From NCBI GenBank assembly GCA_015069335.1, contig SVIU01000001.1, positions 1,180 through 65,179 on the forward strand: 64,000 bases of DNA, read 5' to 3'. Numbering within the stretch: the stretch's first letter is position 1; each line of letters begins with the position of its first letter. The stretch is from Clostridiales bacterium. Lineage in GTDB: Bacteria > Bacillota > Clostridia > Christensenellales > UBA1242. The position numbers were made by a program, and so were the translations under genes. The notes below the pieces were generated by a model. That model worked only from the letters and a program-made list of their open reading frames with translations, had not been told where the DNA came from and did not search any database. Below are positions 18,989 through 29,544 of the stretch, one piece after another.

Positions 18989-19549
18989 TTATTTAATTCT
19001 TTCCATATATGAGCCATCACGAGTGTCAACTCTGATGATTTCGCCTTGATTTACAAAAAGAGGAACAGTAATTTCGTAGCCAGTTTCAAGTTTTGCTGGT
19101 TTGTAACCTGCTTTTGAAGTGTCACCTTGAATTCCTGGTTCTGTTTCTGTAACTTCAAGTTCTACAAATGTTGGTGGAACAACGCTAAATGCCGCACCTT
19201 TATAGAACTGAATTGTTGCATTCATATTTTCTTTCATAAAGCACATAGCTTCTTCTACTTGTGATTTGTTTAATGGAATTTGATCATATGTTTCCATATC
19301 CATAAAGTAGTACAAATCACCCTCGTTGTAAAGGTATTGCATTTCTTTTCTTTCAATTACTGCAACTTGGAATTTGTCAGTTGGGTTGAAAGTTCTTTCC
19401 AAAACTTGACCAGTTACAACGTTTTTTAATTTTGTTCTAACAAATGGTGAGCCTTTGCCTGGTTTAACGTGTAAAAATTCAACAACTACCCAAACGTTGC
19501 CCTCCATTTCAAAAGTTACGCCTTTTCTAAAATCGCCTGCTGTTATCAT
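18989..19549 (-). CDS. efp: Translation elongation factor P
   Basis: 186 aa. [16 protein letters not shown] loop with the modified Lys position. Three-domain length. Confidence 0.95.
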   Translation of the reverse strand: MITAGDFRKGVTFEMEGNVWVVVEFLHVKPGKGSPFVRTKLKNVVTGQVLERTFNPTDKFQVAVIERKEMQYLYNEGDLYYFMDMETYDQIPLNKSQVEEAMCFMKENMNATIQFYKGAAFSVVPPTFVELEVTETEPGIQGDTSKAGYKPAKLETGYEITVPLFVNQGEIIRVDTRDGSYMERIK

Positions 19550-19635
19550 AAATAATTTTCTCCTTAATTAAATTAAAATCTCTAAAAGAATAACATATTA
19601 AAATTTTTTTGTCTACAAATTTTTAAACTTAAATA

Positions 19636-20196
19636 TTAATGTCCTGGCATAAGTTGCAAATGAGCATAATTTTTTAAAAGATTCAAGCTTTCAAACAGTT
19701 GCCCACTGTTGCCATCATAAAAATCAGTTCTGCCATAACCGTTGTGAAATAACGTGTCACCAGAAAACAAATATTTATCAATGCAAAAGCAACAACTACC
19801 CTTGCTATGGCCTGGTGTGTGCAATACGGTTACTTCAAAGCCACCAATGTTTAAAACTTGTTTATCGCACTCAAATGTATAGTCTGGCACAAATGTTTCT
19901 ATACGACTAAATTGTTTTGCCAAACTTAGTTCCAAATTTGAGCACTTATCACTGTCCAGCTGATGAATATAAACCTTATAACCCAAATCTTGCAGTGGTT
20001 TTACTGCACCAATATGGTCAAAATGCCCATGCGTCAACAATATTCCGCAAACATTTAGCCAGTTTTGCAATATAAAATTATGAATTGTGTCAAAATGGCC
20101 ACCTGGGTCAATTATAAGGGCATTTTTATTGCTATCATATAAAATGTAGCAATTTTCCTTTAAAAGACCGCAAACAATTTTTTCTACATTAATCAT
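19636..20196 (-). CDS. MBL-fold metallo-hydrolase
   Basis: LTHGHFDHIG (HxHxDH), downstream HTPGHS and GD motifs. Confidence 0.8.
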   Translation of the reverse strand: MINVEKIVCGLLKENCYILYDSNKNALIIDPGGHFDTIHNFILQNWLNVCGILLTHGHFDHIGAVKPLQDLGYKVYIHQLDSDKCSNLELSLAKQFSRIETFVPDYTFECDKQVLNIGGFEVTVLHTPGHSKGSCCFCIDKYLFSGDTLFHNGYGRTDFYDGNSGQLFESLNLLKNYAHLQLMPGH

Positions 20197-20205
20197 AAAA
20201 CCACC

Positions 20206-21063
20206 TTATGCCTTGTTATATATATCTTTTAATAAAATAGCATCTTCCATCATTCTTTCTTTTGATTCACATATTATTGTTGGTGTCATTTTATAATCTT
20301 TTAAAACTTTTGCAAGTGGCTCAAATTCTGGGCCATAAACATTATCATCAAGGTTTAGGTGCTTAACCTCGCCTTTTTCTGTGAATTCTATTTTGCTAAA
20401 ATGAATATGGCAGTTTTTTGATTTAAACTCTCCAAGTTTTTCAAATGAATAGTCAATTATTCTCTTATAGTCATCACTTGTTTTTAAAGCACCTTGCATT
20501 ATGCAATTTATGTGCCCAAAATCAAATGTAGGAATTAAAATTTTATCTTTAGCACAAAAATCAATAATTTCTTTATATATACCTATTTGCATAAATTTAC
20601 CCATTGTTTCTGGGCAGATATAACCAACTTCATTTAGTTTTTGGTCATAAATAATTTGCAAGCACTCATCAAGTCTTTTATCCGTTAAATAAAGGGCTTG
20701 CTGTCTTGGTAGTTTGCCACAAGATGCAAGATGAACAACATAATCTCTGGCGTTAGCAACTTTGATATATTCCATACCTTTTCTGACATATTCGAAACTC
20801 TTTTTTGCCATTTCATCACTTTCGTTGGCAAAGTTGATGTAATAAGGAGCATGAATGCTTAAAAGAATATTGTTTCTTTGTGCCTCTTCACCCAATTTTT
20901 GTGCTGTTTCAAATGACATTGTAAAACCGCGACCAAAAGAATATTCGTAAGCAGAAAGCCCATTCTCCTTGCACCACTTTGGGGCATCTACGCTGTGCTT
21001 ATAACCGCTATCATAAAAAATTTGACTATTGCCAGATGGGCCAAACCTTATTTTATTTTCCAT
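20206..21063 (-). CDS. Endonuclease IV-like TIM-barrel protein (AP_endonuc_2 family)
   Basis: SIHAPYYINFA, VVHLAS, PETMGK, DFGHIN and HIHFSKIE resemble the Nfo metal-ligand series. Confidence 0.65.
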   Translation of the reverse strand: MENKIRFGPSGNSQIFYDSGYKHSVDAPKWCKENGLSAYEYSFGRGFTMSFETAQKLGEEAQRNNILLSIHAPYYINFANESDEMAKKSFEYVRKGMEYIKVANARDYVVHLASCGKLPRQQALYLTDKRLDECLQIIYDQKLNEVGYICPETMGKFMQIGIYKEIIDFCAKDKILIPTFDFGHINCIMQGALKTSDDYKRIIDYSFEKLGEFKSKNCHIHFSKIEFTEKGEVKHLNLDDNVYGPEFEPLAKVLKDYKMTPTIICESKERMMEDAILLKDIYNKA

Positions 21064-21076
21064 TTTTTAATCCCCT

Positions 21077-21748
21077 TTAAACTTCCAAATATGAAACATT
21101 GCCATTTTCGACATCTTGCAGTGTGCAAGAATTTTCAATTGAGAATACACCACATTTTGTGCGTATAATACTAAGCATAGTACCATATGTTGACAATTCT
21201 TTTGCCAAGTCTCTACATAGACTTCTAATATAAGTTCCACTTGAGCATGTTATTTCAAACTGAAAATTGTTATTTCCAAAATCTCGTAAAACTTTTAAAT
21301 CAAAAATTTCTATCTCTTTTGGCTTGAGTTCTACCTCTTTACCCGCCCTTGCCAAATCGCACGCTTTTTGCCCGTTTACTTTTTTGGCAGAAAATTGCGG
21401 TGGCATTTGATTTTGTTTGCCAACAAATTTGCCCAGTATGCTCTGCACTTGTTCTAGCGAAACACTTACTTCATTTTGACTTATAATTTGACCTTCGCTG
21501 TCTAGTGTATCTGTTTCATATCCAAAATGAAATACTGCCACATATGTTTTGATTTTTTTTAAGTATTCATCAAACAACTTTGTTCCCTTGTTTACACCAA
21601 CAAGCAAAACACCCGTTCCGTATGGGTCTAGCGTGCCCATATGGCCAGCTTTTTTTACGCCAAGCAGTCTTGCTACTTTCTTAACTGCATAAAATGATGA
21701 CATTCCTGTTGGTTTATTAAGGTTTATTATTGCATTTTTTTCAAACAT
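21077..21748 (-). CDS. truB: tRNA pseudouridine-55 synthase
   Basis: KAGHMGTLDP catalytic Asp motif. 223 aa, no PUA extension. Near rbfA-infB. Confidence 0.9.
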   Translation of the reverse strand: MFEKNAIINLNKPTGMSSFYAVKKVARLLGVKKAGHMGTLDPYGTGVLLVGVNKGTKLFDEYLKKIKTYVAVFHFGYETDTLDSEGQIISQNEVSVSLEQVQSILGKFVGKQNQMPPQFSAKKVNGQKACDLARAGKEVELKPKEIEIFDLKVLRDFGNNNFQFEITCSSGTYIRSLCRDLAKELSTYGTMLSIIRTKCGVFSIENSCTLQDVENGNVSYLEV

Positions 21749-22700
21749 TTTGTTTTTCCTTTATTTGTTTTAGACACTCTTCATACAATAGTTTTGAGTG
21801 TTTTACTGGAGCACCGACAAAACTCATTCCAGCAGCTTGAATATGCCCGCCACCACCAAATTTTTGAGCTATGCTTGCCACATTATAGCCCTCTTTGCAT
21901 CTTAGGCTAACTGAATATGTATTTTTTTCTTTTTGCTTAATAACAAATGCAAATATGTTATTATCAATATTTAATAGTTCATTTACAAATGCTGGACACT
22001 CATCTGCGCCAGACTCTTTAAAATCCTTAGCAGTAAATATTGCATAGGCTATTTGATTTTCCATAAACATTTTATTATAGCCAATTTTTTTGAGAGCAAT
22101 TTCGTTTTGTGTTTGCATTTTTTTAAACAAAAACAAAATGTTTGTTTTATTTGCCCCATTTTCAAGGCAATCGGCAGCTACTTTAAGGCAATTTGATGAT
22201 GTATTATCATTTTCAAAGCAATTTGTATCACCAATAATTCCTGAATATATTAAACTACAAAACCTGCTGTCTAATTTAAACTTAAGTAATTTTGCTAGGT
22301 TGAAAATAATTTCACTACAACTTGCCGATTCTGGGTTGTTATACTCAAATTTAGCATTATAATCTCTTATATCATGGTGATCTATTGCAATTGTGTTTTC
22401 AAAATCTCTTACAGCGTAATAATATTTGCCAAGCTGATGTGATGCTGGAGTGTCTACAGTGATTATAGTATCATAGTCATTAACATCTATATCTTGATTA
22501 ATCTCGTATGGGAACGCATAAAAATCTTTTGTTTTAACGTTTAGTTTTGTTGTGTCAACAAACATATGGGTTGTTTTGCCCATTTTTTCTAGCATATAAG
22601 AAAGAGCAGACATACTGCTCATACAGTCAGGATCTGGCGATGTATGTGCTATTATGCCTACTCTTTTGCTTTTTTTAATTTGTTTAATAATATCTTTCAT
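21741..22700 (-). CDS. nrnA: DHH/DHHA1 phosphoesterase (NrnA-like nanoRNase / pAp phosphatase)
   Basis: HTSPDPDCMSS, IAIDHHD (DHH) and FGGGGHIQAAG (DHHA1 GGGH). Confidence 0.8.
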   Translation of the reverse strand: MKDIIKQIKKSKRVGIIAHTSPDPDCMSSMSALSYMLEKMGKTTHMFVDTTKLNVKTKDFYAFPYEINQDIDVNDYDTIITVDTPASHQLGKYYYAVRDFENTIAIDHHDIRDYNAKFEYNNPESASCSEIIFNLAKLLKFKLDSRFCSLIYSGIIGDTNCFENDNTSSNCLKVAADCLENGANKTNILFLFKKMQTQNEIALKKIGYNKMFMENQIAYAIFTAKDFKESGADECPAFVNELLNIDNNIFAFVIKQKEKNTYSVSLRCKEGYNVASIAQKFGGGGHIQAAGMSFVGAPVKHSKLLYEECLKQIKEKQNV

Positions 22701-22716
22701 TATTCAAACCTTTTTG

Positions 22717-23094
22717 TTAAATATCTTCATCTTCGCTTGATGTTTCTTCTGCCGGAATATCAAGATTTTTTAATATTTCGTTGATTCTTTCGCTGTTTTG
22801 TTCGCCCAAATCAACCGTAAAGTCCAATTTTGGTGCATATGGTAATTTTATCATATTTATAAGCTCACGCTTGATAAAACCCTCACATTTTTTTAAAACT
22901 GAAACAACAAAACTTGATCTATTTCCAAGCACAGAAACGCCAACTTTGCAATATCTAAAATCAGGGGATGTTTTTACATATGTTAAGGTGATAATTTCAC
23001 CTTTGATTCTAGGGTCGTTAACTTTTTCTCTTATTATATAAGATAAAGCATCAATAATTTCTGAATTTGCCCTTTCTTGTCTTACACTACTCAT
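22717..23094 (-). CDS. rbfA: Ribosome-binding factor A
   Basis: RQERANSEIIDALSYIIREKVNDPR N-terminus. Directly downstream of infB. Confidence 0.9.
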   Translation of the reverse strand: MSSVRQERANSEIIDALSYIIREKVNDPRIKGEIITLTYVKTSPDFRYCKVGVSVLGNRSSFVVSVLKKCEGFIKRELINMIKLPYAPKLDFTVDLGEQNSERINEILKNLDIPAEETSSEDEDI

Positions 23095-23097
23095 AAA

Positions 23098-25665
23098 TTA
23101 ACCCCTTTTAATTTCAACCTTTTCATAAATCTCAAAAATATCGCCAACTTGAATGCCATCGCTATCTTTAAGTTTGATACCACATTCGTAACCATAGTTA
23201 ACTTCGGCTTTGTCGTCTTTTTGAATTTTTAAAGCTTCTACCTTGGTTGAAAGAATTTTTTCATCACCACGGAATACATTAACATATGAATTTCTTGTGA
23301 TTTTACCGTCTTTAATATAAGAACCACAAACAACACCAACTGATGACAGCTTGAACATCATTCTTACTTCGCTATGTCCAATTACAACATCTTCATATTT
23401 AACAGAAAGCATACCGTTTAGAGCTTTGGTGATTTCGTCTACGCAATCGTAAATAACTTTGTATGATTTGATTTGAACTTTTTGATTTTCAGCAAATTGT
23501 TCAATTTTGCCGTTTAATTTTAGGTTAAAGTTGATAATTACTGCACTGCTTGCGCCAGCCAAAACAACGTCTGATTCAGTTACAGGGCCTGCTCCGCTGT
23601 GTATGCAAACAACTCTTGCCTCTTCGTTTTTAAGCACTGTTAATGTTTGTTTTAGTGCTTCTACAGAGCCTTGAACGTCTGCTTTTATAATTATATTTAA
23701 AGTTTTAAGTTTACCCTCGTTAACTCTATCCATAAAGTCATCAAGAGATACACCGCTGGTTGCGTTTGCACGCTCTTCTTTGATTTTTGCAATTCTTTCT
23801 TGAATAACTTGCTTACTCATTTTTTCTGAAACGGCGTAAACTTGATCACCAGCATTTGGAACTTCTTCAAGACCCAAAATTGAAACTGGAGTGCTTGGTG
23901 GGGCTGATTTTAATTGTTTGCCATGTTCATCAAACATTGCTCTAACCTTACCAAATGTGATACCACTCATTATACTGTCGCCAACTCTTAAAGTGCCGTT
24001 TTGTACAAGCACAGACGCAATTGGACCTCTGTTTTTGTCTAGTTCTGCCTCAATAACAACGCCAACTGCTGTTTGTGTTGGGTCAGCTTTAAGCTCTTGC
24101 ATTTCGGCAACCAAAAGCACTGATTCAAGCAAATTGTCAATTCCTATGCCTTGTTTTGCAGAAATAGGAACAATTATTGTGTCGCCACCCCATTCTTCAG
24201 GAAGCACACCGTTTTCTGCCAATTGTTGTTTGATTCTATCAGGATTAGCCTCTGGTTTATCCATTTTGTTGATTGCAACAACCATTGGGCAATTTGCAGC
24301 CTTAATGTGATTTATTGCTTCGATTGTTTGAGGCATAATGCCGTCATCAGCTGCAACAACCAAAATTGCAATATCGGTTGCCTTTGCACCCCTTGCACGC
24401 ATTGCAGTAAATGCAGCGTGGCCCGGAGTGTCAATAAATGTGATTTTTTGACCATTCCATGAAACTTGATATGCACCAATTTTTTGAGTGATGCCGCCAG
24501 CTTCGCCACTAACAACATTGGTTTTTCTAATGGCATCTAGTAGCGATGTTTTACCATGGTCTACGTGGCCCATTACAGTAACAACTGGAGGTCTAATTTC
24601 TGCATTTTCGCCAAGTTCTTTAACTTGTTCTTCAAGTTTTTCTTCATATGTTTTTTCGAGTTTTTGCTCTAGTTTTACACCCAATTCTTCGGCAACAAGT
24701 TCGGCTGTTGTAAAGTCTATTGAGCTATTGATAGTTGCCATAATTCCAAGCAACATTAATTTTTTAATGATTTCAGTAACTGGTTTTCCTGTTTTTTCTG
24801 ATAATGTTTTAACTGTTACGTTTTCGGTTGTGATAACAGCGTTTTCAACTGCTGGGGCAACAAAAGTTTGAACATCTTTTTTCTTGCCTTTTACAAGTTT
24901 TCTGCTGCCCATTCTTACGCCGTCGATATCTTCGTTGTAAGAATCCTCAACAATAAAGCCTCTTTTCATAAGAGTTTTTTTGCTCATTTGTTTCTTTTCG
25001 TCATATTGAGATTTTACTGGTGCTTTTTTGCCAGCAAAAGTCTTTTCAGGAACAGCAAATACCTTGCTGCTTTCAAGCGGAGTAAAGCTCTTGAAAGCAT
25101 TGCCTCTGCTTGGAGCAAAAGCATTTGAAGCATTATTCCTTGGAGAAAATGGCCTTTGTTGTTGACCATTGCCGTTTTGACCAAATCTGTTTTGATTGTA
25201 AAATGGTCTTTGTCTATTAAATGGTTGTTGGTTGTTGGTTTGGAAATTGTTGTTATATTGTCTTTGGCCGTTAAATTGTCTGCCATTGTTGCCAAATTGT
25301 CTTTGTTGATTGTTATCAAACCTTTTTGTAAAAGTTTGTTGGTTGCCGTTTTGTTGTCTTGCATTTTTGTCAAAACGATTGTTATTGGATTGAATTTCTG
25401 TTTCTTCAACCAACTCAACTGGCTTGATTTCTTCTGCAATTTCAACCTTTTGAGCCTCTTTGGTTTTTTCGGCTTTTTCTTGTTCGGCTTTTTGATTTTT
25501 TGCGTGTTTAATTTTGGACGCATTTTTAACCAACATTTCTAGTTGACTTTTAGACGACCTAATATCCCTTAATAATTCTTGCAATTCACCACTAACTTGT
25601 ATTTTATGAATTGTTTTTAAGTTGTTTAAACCATTTGTTTTTTCAGTTTTAGTCAATTTGTCCAC
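23098..25665 (-). CDS. infB: Translation initiation factor IF-2
   Basis: G domain [21 protein letters not shown]. The long variable N-terminus contains an N/Q/R/F-rich tract. Confidence 0.95.
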   Translation of the reverse strand: MDKLTKTEKTNGLNNLKTIHKIQVSGELQELLRDIRSSKSQLEMLVKNASKIKHAKNQKAEQEKAEKTKEAQKVEIAEEIKPVELVEETEIQSNNNRFDKNARQQNGNQQTFTKRFDNNQQRQFGNNGRQFNGQRQYNNNFQTNNQQPFNRQRPFYNQNRFGQNGNGQQQRPFSPRNNASNAFAPSRGNAFKSFTPLESSKVFAVPEKTFAGKKAPVKSQYDEKKQMSKKTLMKRGFIVEDSYNEDIDGVRMGSRKLVKGKKKDVQTFVAPAVENAVITTENVTVKTLSEKTGKPVTEIIKKLMLLGIMATINSSIDFTTAELVAEELGVKLEQKLEKTYEEKLEEQVKELGENAEIRPPVVTVMGHVDHGKTSLLDAIRKTNVVSGEAGGITQKIGAYQVSWNGQKITFIDTPGHAAFTAMRARGAKATDIAILVVAADDGIMPQTIEAINHIKAANCPMVVAINKMDKPEANPDRIKQQLAENGVLPEEWGGDTIIVPISAKQGIGIDNLLESVLLVAEMQELKADPTQTAVGVVIEAELDKNRGPIASVLVQNGTLRVGDSIMSGITFGKVRAMFDEHGKQLKSAPPSTPVSILGLEEVPNAGDQVYAVSEKMSKQVIQERIAKIKEERANATSGVSLDDFMDRVNEGKLKTLNIIIKADVQGSVEALKQTLTVLKNEEARVVCIHSGAGPVTESDVVLAGASSAVIINFNLKLNGKIEQFAENQKVQIKSYKVIYDCVDEITKALNGMLSVKYEDVVIGHSEVRMMFKLSSVGVVCGSYIKDGKITRNSYVNVFRGDEKILSTKVEALKIQKDDKAEVNYGYECGIKLKDSDGIQVGDIFEIYEKVEIKRG

Positions 25666-25963
25666 TCCTTAATAATTTAACTATTTGTTCGCTTAAACCC
25701 TTGTTTTTTATTGCAAACAACTTGCATTTGTCATTTCCAACCAAAAAATTAAAATCTTCAATTGGCAACATTATAATTTCTGCCTGCTGAGTTAATTGAT
25801 TGATTGTTTTTTGTATTGTCTTTCCAAAGTCTGCCCTATAAACCACCAAATATAACTTATGGGTATAACCTTTTAAATTGTCTGTGCCATAAATTACATA
25901 GCCGGCTCTGTCGGCAAGACCAAAATAATTTTTTGCTTTGTTTAAAATTTGTGTACTAAACAA
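25649..25963 (-). CDS. ylxQ: L7Ae-family RNA-binding protein YlxQ
   Basis: 104 aa in the canonical slot between ylxR and infB. Confidence 0.8.
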   Translation of the reverse strand: MFSTQILNKAKNYFGLADRAGYVIYGTDNLKGYTHKLYLVVYRADFGKTIQKTINQLTQQAEIIMLPIEDFNFLVGNDKCKLFAIKNKGLSEQIVKLLRSGQID

Positions 25964-26210
25964 TTAAATCCTCACATAATTTTTTATATATCTCTTCAGG
26001 AAATTCACATTTAAAGGCCTTGTTTAGAATTTTGCGATTTTTAATTTTATTTAAGCATTCGCCACATTTGCAAATATATGCACCTCGGCCATCCATTTTT
26101 CCTGTTTTGTCTAAGGCTATGTCACCTTGTGAATTTTTTACAAGCCTTAGCATTTCATTTTTGTTAAATTTGTTTCTACATATGAAACACATTCTAAAAA
26201 CCGGTTTCAA
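25956..26210 (-). CDS. ylxR: YlxR (DUF448) RNA-binding protein
   Basis: RMCFICRNKFNKNEMLR and GRGAYIC motifs. Downstream of nusA. Confidence 0.85.
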   Translation of the reverse strand: MKPVFRMCFICRNKFNKNEMLRLVKNSQGDIALDKTGKMDGRGAYICKCGECLNKIKNRKILNKAFKCEFPEEIYKKLCEDLIV

Positions 26211-26220
26211 TGCGTTCTCC

Positions 26221-27345
26221 TTAGGTTATATCTTCAAGGTCAGCAAAGTTGTCTTCGTCATCAAGTTCAGTAATTTCATATTCTGGAAGTTCAATATTTT
26301 GACCTTCTGCCTTGCTTTTTGACTTAACATCTATCTTCCAGCCAGTTAGTCTTGCAGCCAAACGAACGTTTTGACCTGATTTGCCAATTGCTAAAGAAAG
26401 TTTTTCATCTGGAACAATAACTTGTGAAGCTTTTAAGCTTTCGTTGATTTCAACCGACAATACTTCGGCTGGAGCTAGGGCATTTGCGATGTATTCAAGT
26501 GGATCTTCCACAAACATTACAAGATCGATTTTTTCGCCGTTTAATTCGCCCATTATTGTGTTGATTCTAACACCGCGATTTCCTACGCAAGCGCCAAGTG
26601 CGTCAATATGTGCTTTTGTGCTATAAATTGCAACTTTGCTACGATTTCCGGCATCACGAGCAATATTTTTGATTACAACATCACCGCTTGCAATTTCTGG
26701 AACTTCAATTTCAAACAATTTTTTAACAAAACCGTTGTTTGATCTTGAAACTTGAACTTGTGGGCCTTTGTAAGAATCTTTTATTTTTTTAACATAAACT
26801 TTGATTCTTTGACCAAGCACATATTTTTCACCTGGGATTTGGTCGTTTTCTAGCATAACGCCTTCCATGTTTGAGCCAGCTAGTTGAACATAAACTGTGC
26901 CATTTTCAACACGTTTAACTATTGTTGTGATAAGTTCATCTTCTTTTTCGGCAATTTCGCTTAAAGCTTGTTCTCTTTCAAGCTCTTTAAGTTTTTGCAT
27001 TACAACTTGTTTTGCAGTTTGTGCTGCAATACGGCCAAACTCTTTTGTGCTAACTTCTTCTGCAACTTGATCACCAATTGCATAAGATTTTTTGATTAAT
27101 TTAGCGTCTGCAAGTGAGATTTCTTTATCTGAATCAGCAACTTCTTCTACAACTGTTTTAAAGCTGTAAATTTTGATTGTTGCCTTTTCTGGATTAAGTT
27201 TCACCAATGCATTTTTTGCCTCACCAAACATTTTTTTGTAGGCAGATGTCAACGCAGCTTCCAAAGACAAAATAAATTGTTCTGCGTTTATGTTTTTTTC
27301 ACGTTCTAAATCTTCTAGTGCTTGAAAAAAGTCTTTATTTATCAT
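26221..27345 (-). CDS. nusA: Transcription termination/antitermination factor NusA
   Basis: N-terminal domain, S1 (GDQV..), two KH domains (GACVGNRGVRI, AIGKSGQNVRLA). Confidence 0.95.
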   Translation of the reverse strand: MINKDFFQALEDLEREKNINAEQFILSLEAALTSAYKKMFGEAKNALVKLNPEKATIKIYSFKTVVEEVADSDKEISLADAKLIKKSYAIGDQVAEEVSTKEFGRIAAQTAKQVVMQKLKELEREQALSEIAEKEDELITTIVKRVENGTVYVQLAGSNMEGVMLENDQIPGEKYVLGQRIKVYVKKIKDSYKGPQVQVSRSNNGFVKKLFEIEVPEIASGDVVIKNIARDAGNRSKVAIYSTKAHIDALGACVGNRGVRINTIMGELNGEKIDLVMFVEDPLEYIANALAPAEVLSVEINESLKASQVIVPDEKLSLAIGKSGQNVRLAARLTGWKIDVKSKSKAEGQNIELPEYEITELDDEDNFADLEDIT

Positions 27346-27357
27346 ATATTTATCTCC

Positions 27358-27825
27358 TTAAAACTCTATAACTGGCAAACAAATGGCCACTTTTTCTTTT
27401 TCAAAAAACAATTCTTCACCGGTTGATGTTTTGATTGTATAACCGTTGTCATCAAAAGCAATAAGTTCTCCAACAAAAACTTTTTGTTTGTTTATTGCTG
27501 TATACAACTTTACTTCAACTTGTTTGTTTTTGTTTCTTAAAAAATCTTTTTGATTTTTGATTGGCCTATCAAGACCAGCCGAACTAACATTTAAAATATA
27601 TTGAGCATCATCAGTAACATTTATTTCATCTAGCACATCAGTTATTGCGTTATTAACCCTTTCGCAATCGTCTAGTGAAATGCCTTCTGGTTGTTTGTCA
27701 ATATAAAAAGTTAAATTCATGCCATCTACTTTTTTTGCATATTCCACTTCCAAAACATCATAACCCAAATTTTCGATGATTGGAACAATATGCTGGTTGC
27801 ATCTATCTACAACTTTGCTTGCCAT
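27358..27825 (-). CDS. rimP: Ribosome maturation factor RimP
   Basis: 155 aa immediately upstream of nusA. SSAGLDRPIK motif. Confidence 0.9.
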   Translation of the reverse strand: MASKVVDRCNQHIVPIIENLGYDVLEVEYAKKVDGMNLTFYIDKQPEGISLDDCERVNNAITDVLDEINVTDDAQYILNVSSAGLDRPIKNQKDFLRNKNKQVEVKLYTAINKQKVFVGELIAFDDNGYTIKTSTGEELFFEKEKVAICLPVIEF

Positions 27826-27955
27826 AATTCCTCCTAATATGTTTCATTCTTAAATTAAGCGCGGGCAAATTTTTGCCCACGCCTAACCTAGTATGTATCT
27901 TTATTATAACACTATAATCCCAATAAATCAATAGTTTTTTAAAAGTTTTTTGTGA

Positions 27956-29530
27956 TTATTTGCCTAAATTATCCATTAAACTTAATTTCAAGAACGCTTC
28001 CGCCGTTGCTGTGGCATCATAAAGCGCTCTGTGAGCGTTAGAAAGGTCTATTCCTAGGCTAGCAACAACAGTGCCAAGTTTATAATTAGGCAAGAATAAT
28101 TTATCTTTTGCATCGCCCATACAATCTCTAAACTCATTTTTGAACGACTTGCCTATGCGTTGTGCAGTAAACTGTATAAATTGATAGTCAAACTTTACAT
28201 TATACCCCACCATAACGCTATCGCCAGCAAACAACAAAAAATCCTCTATTATATCTTCGCAATACCTTTCATTTTCTACCATTTGATTGGTTATGCCAGT
28301 GAGTTTTGTAATTTCTTCAGAAATTTCAATGTGAGGCTTGCATAGTGTTTGGAATACTTGTGTGATTTTACCGTTTTCAATTTTTACTGCACCTATTTCA
28401 GTGATGTCGTTTTTGTCTGGAATTAGACCAGTAGTTTCAACATCAAACACAACCCACGATTTTTCTGTAATCCAGCTTGGATAAGCAACATTATCATCAT
28501 TAAACATATTGTCTTGATATTGTTTTTTGTAAGGCAACGGCTTTACATATTGATATGTAGTTCTATCTTGAATTTCTGGTTGCGGGGTTTCAACTTCTTC
28601 ACTTTGTACTTTTGTGCAAAGAGAAATGCTTTTTATCATATATTGCATTGTTCCATTATCGCGCTTGACATAATTGCCTAAACACAAAATATGTGTGCCA
28701 TCTTCAACCAAGCCAAAGTGTTTTTGAGATGCCTTTGTGCAAAAATGAACACAATCTACAGCACCAGTGCTGTCACTGAGTTTAAATTTGTACATTTTTA
28801 GTTTTTCATCAATGCCTTTTTCTTTGTGTTTGCGAGGCAAATATTCTCTTTGTTCCAAATTTGAAACATTGCCAGCTAATATCAAAGAAAATTTTTCACC
28901 TACTTGCCCATTGATATACTCTGGCATTGGAAGAATTTCGCTACCAAAAAGTTTGTTAACATTTTGCACGTTATAACGCGGAGTTTTTGCATTAACCTCT
29001 AAGGTTGATTGAATATCAATTGCACGTTGCTCAAGCATTTGCTCATCAAATTGATTAGAGTTGTCTAACTTTGCATCAACAATAAACTCGGCACAAAAGT
29101 TGTGGCACAAATATGTTTTAAGGTGATGACAGAAATCATTGTTTTTTATATATTGCAAAATTGTTTGATTTACATTAAAAATAAGCTCAATTACAAAATT
29201 ATTTCTGCTGTATGAAATATCGTTGTTTGATATTAAAGTAGAAAGCGAGTCAAATTCCTCGCCTAAAAACTCTTTTATTTTTGACTTAACAATATTTTCA
29301 TCCAAAAAACTCTTGTTGAATTTGCAAACTATTCTGCCATTTATGTTTAAAATTTCGGCAACTGCTGTTTTGATTTCAGTCTTTTGCTCGTCGGTTAAAA
29401 TTGGCAAATTTTCGGGATAAATAAAGTTTATTAAACATACTGAAAAAGTGGTATCATATACCACTTTTAAAACTTTTAAAAAATCATACTTTCCATTTAA
29501 TTTTTTTGATAATTCTTTAGTAAAATCCAT
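27956..29530 (-). CDS. PolC-like N-terminal/OB/3'-5' exonuclease protein lacking PHP and polymerase modules
   Basis: C-terminal DnaQ-type exonuclease with near-PolC motifs (VVFDVETTGL, KLTGIT, GYNVKFD, AHRALYDATATAE). A central OB-like segment (KMYKFKLSDSTGAVDCVHF) resembles the PolC OB domain. The ORF stops right after Exo III. It occupies the polC slot upstream of rimP-nusA. Confidence 0.7.
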   Translation of the reverse strand: MDFTKELSKKLNGKYDFLKVLKVVYDTTFSVCLINFIYPENLPILTDEQKTEIKTAVAEILNINGRIVCKFNKSFLDENIVKSKIKEFLGEEFDSLSTLISNNDISYSRNNFVIELIFNVNQTILQYIKNNDFCHHLKTYLCHNFCAEFIVDAKLDNSNQFDEQMLEQRAIDIQSTLEVNAKTPRYNVQNVNKLFGSEILPMPEYINGQVGEKFSLILAGNVSNLEQREYLPRKHKEKGIDEKLKMYKFKLSDSTGAVDCVHFCTKASQKHFGLVEDGTHILCLGNYVKRDNGTMQYMIKSISLCTKVQSEEVETPQPEIQDRTTYQYVKPLPYKKQYQDNMFNDDNVAYPSWITEKSWVVFDVETTGLIPDKNDITEIGAVKIENGKITQVFQTLCKPHIEISEEITKLTGITNQMVENERYCEDIIEDFLLFAGDSVMVGYNVKFDYQFIQFTAQRIGKSFKNEFRDCMGDAKDKLFLPNYKLGTVVASLGIDLSNAHRALYDATATAEAFLKLSLMDNLGK

Positions 29531-29544
29531 TGGTTTTCCTTTTG

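Noticed and set aside
25014-25523. A 169-aa alternative-frame ORF and the N/Q/R/F-rich tract in the N-terminus of IF-2 ([16 protein letters not shown]...[22 protein letters not shown]).
   Set aside because: The IF-2 N-terminal region is notoriously variable and low in complexity across bacteria. The overlapping ORF is a by-product of the repetitive codons. Neither is evidence of a separate feature.
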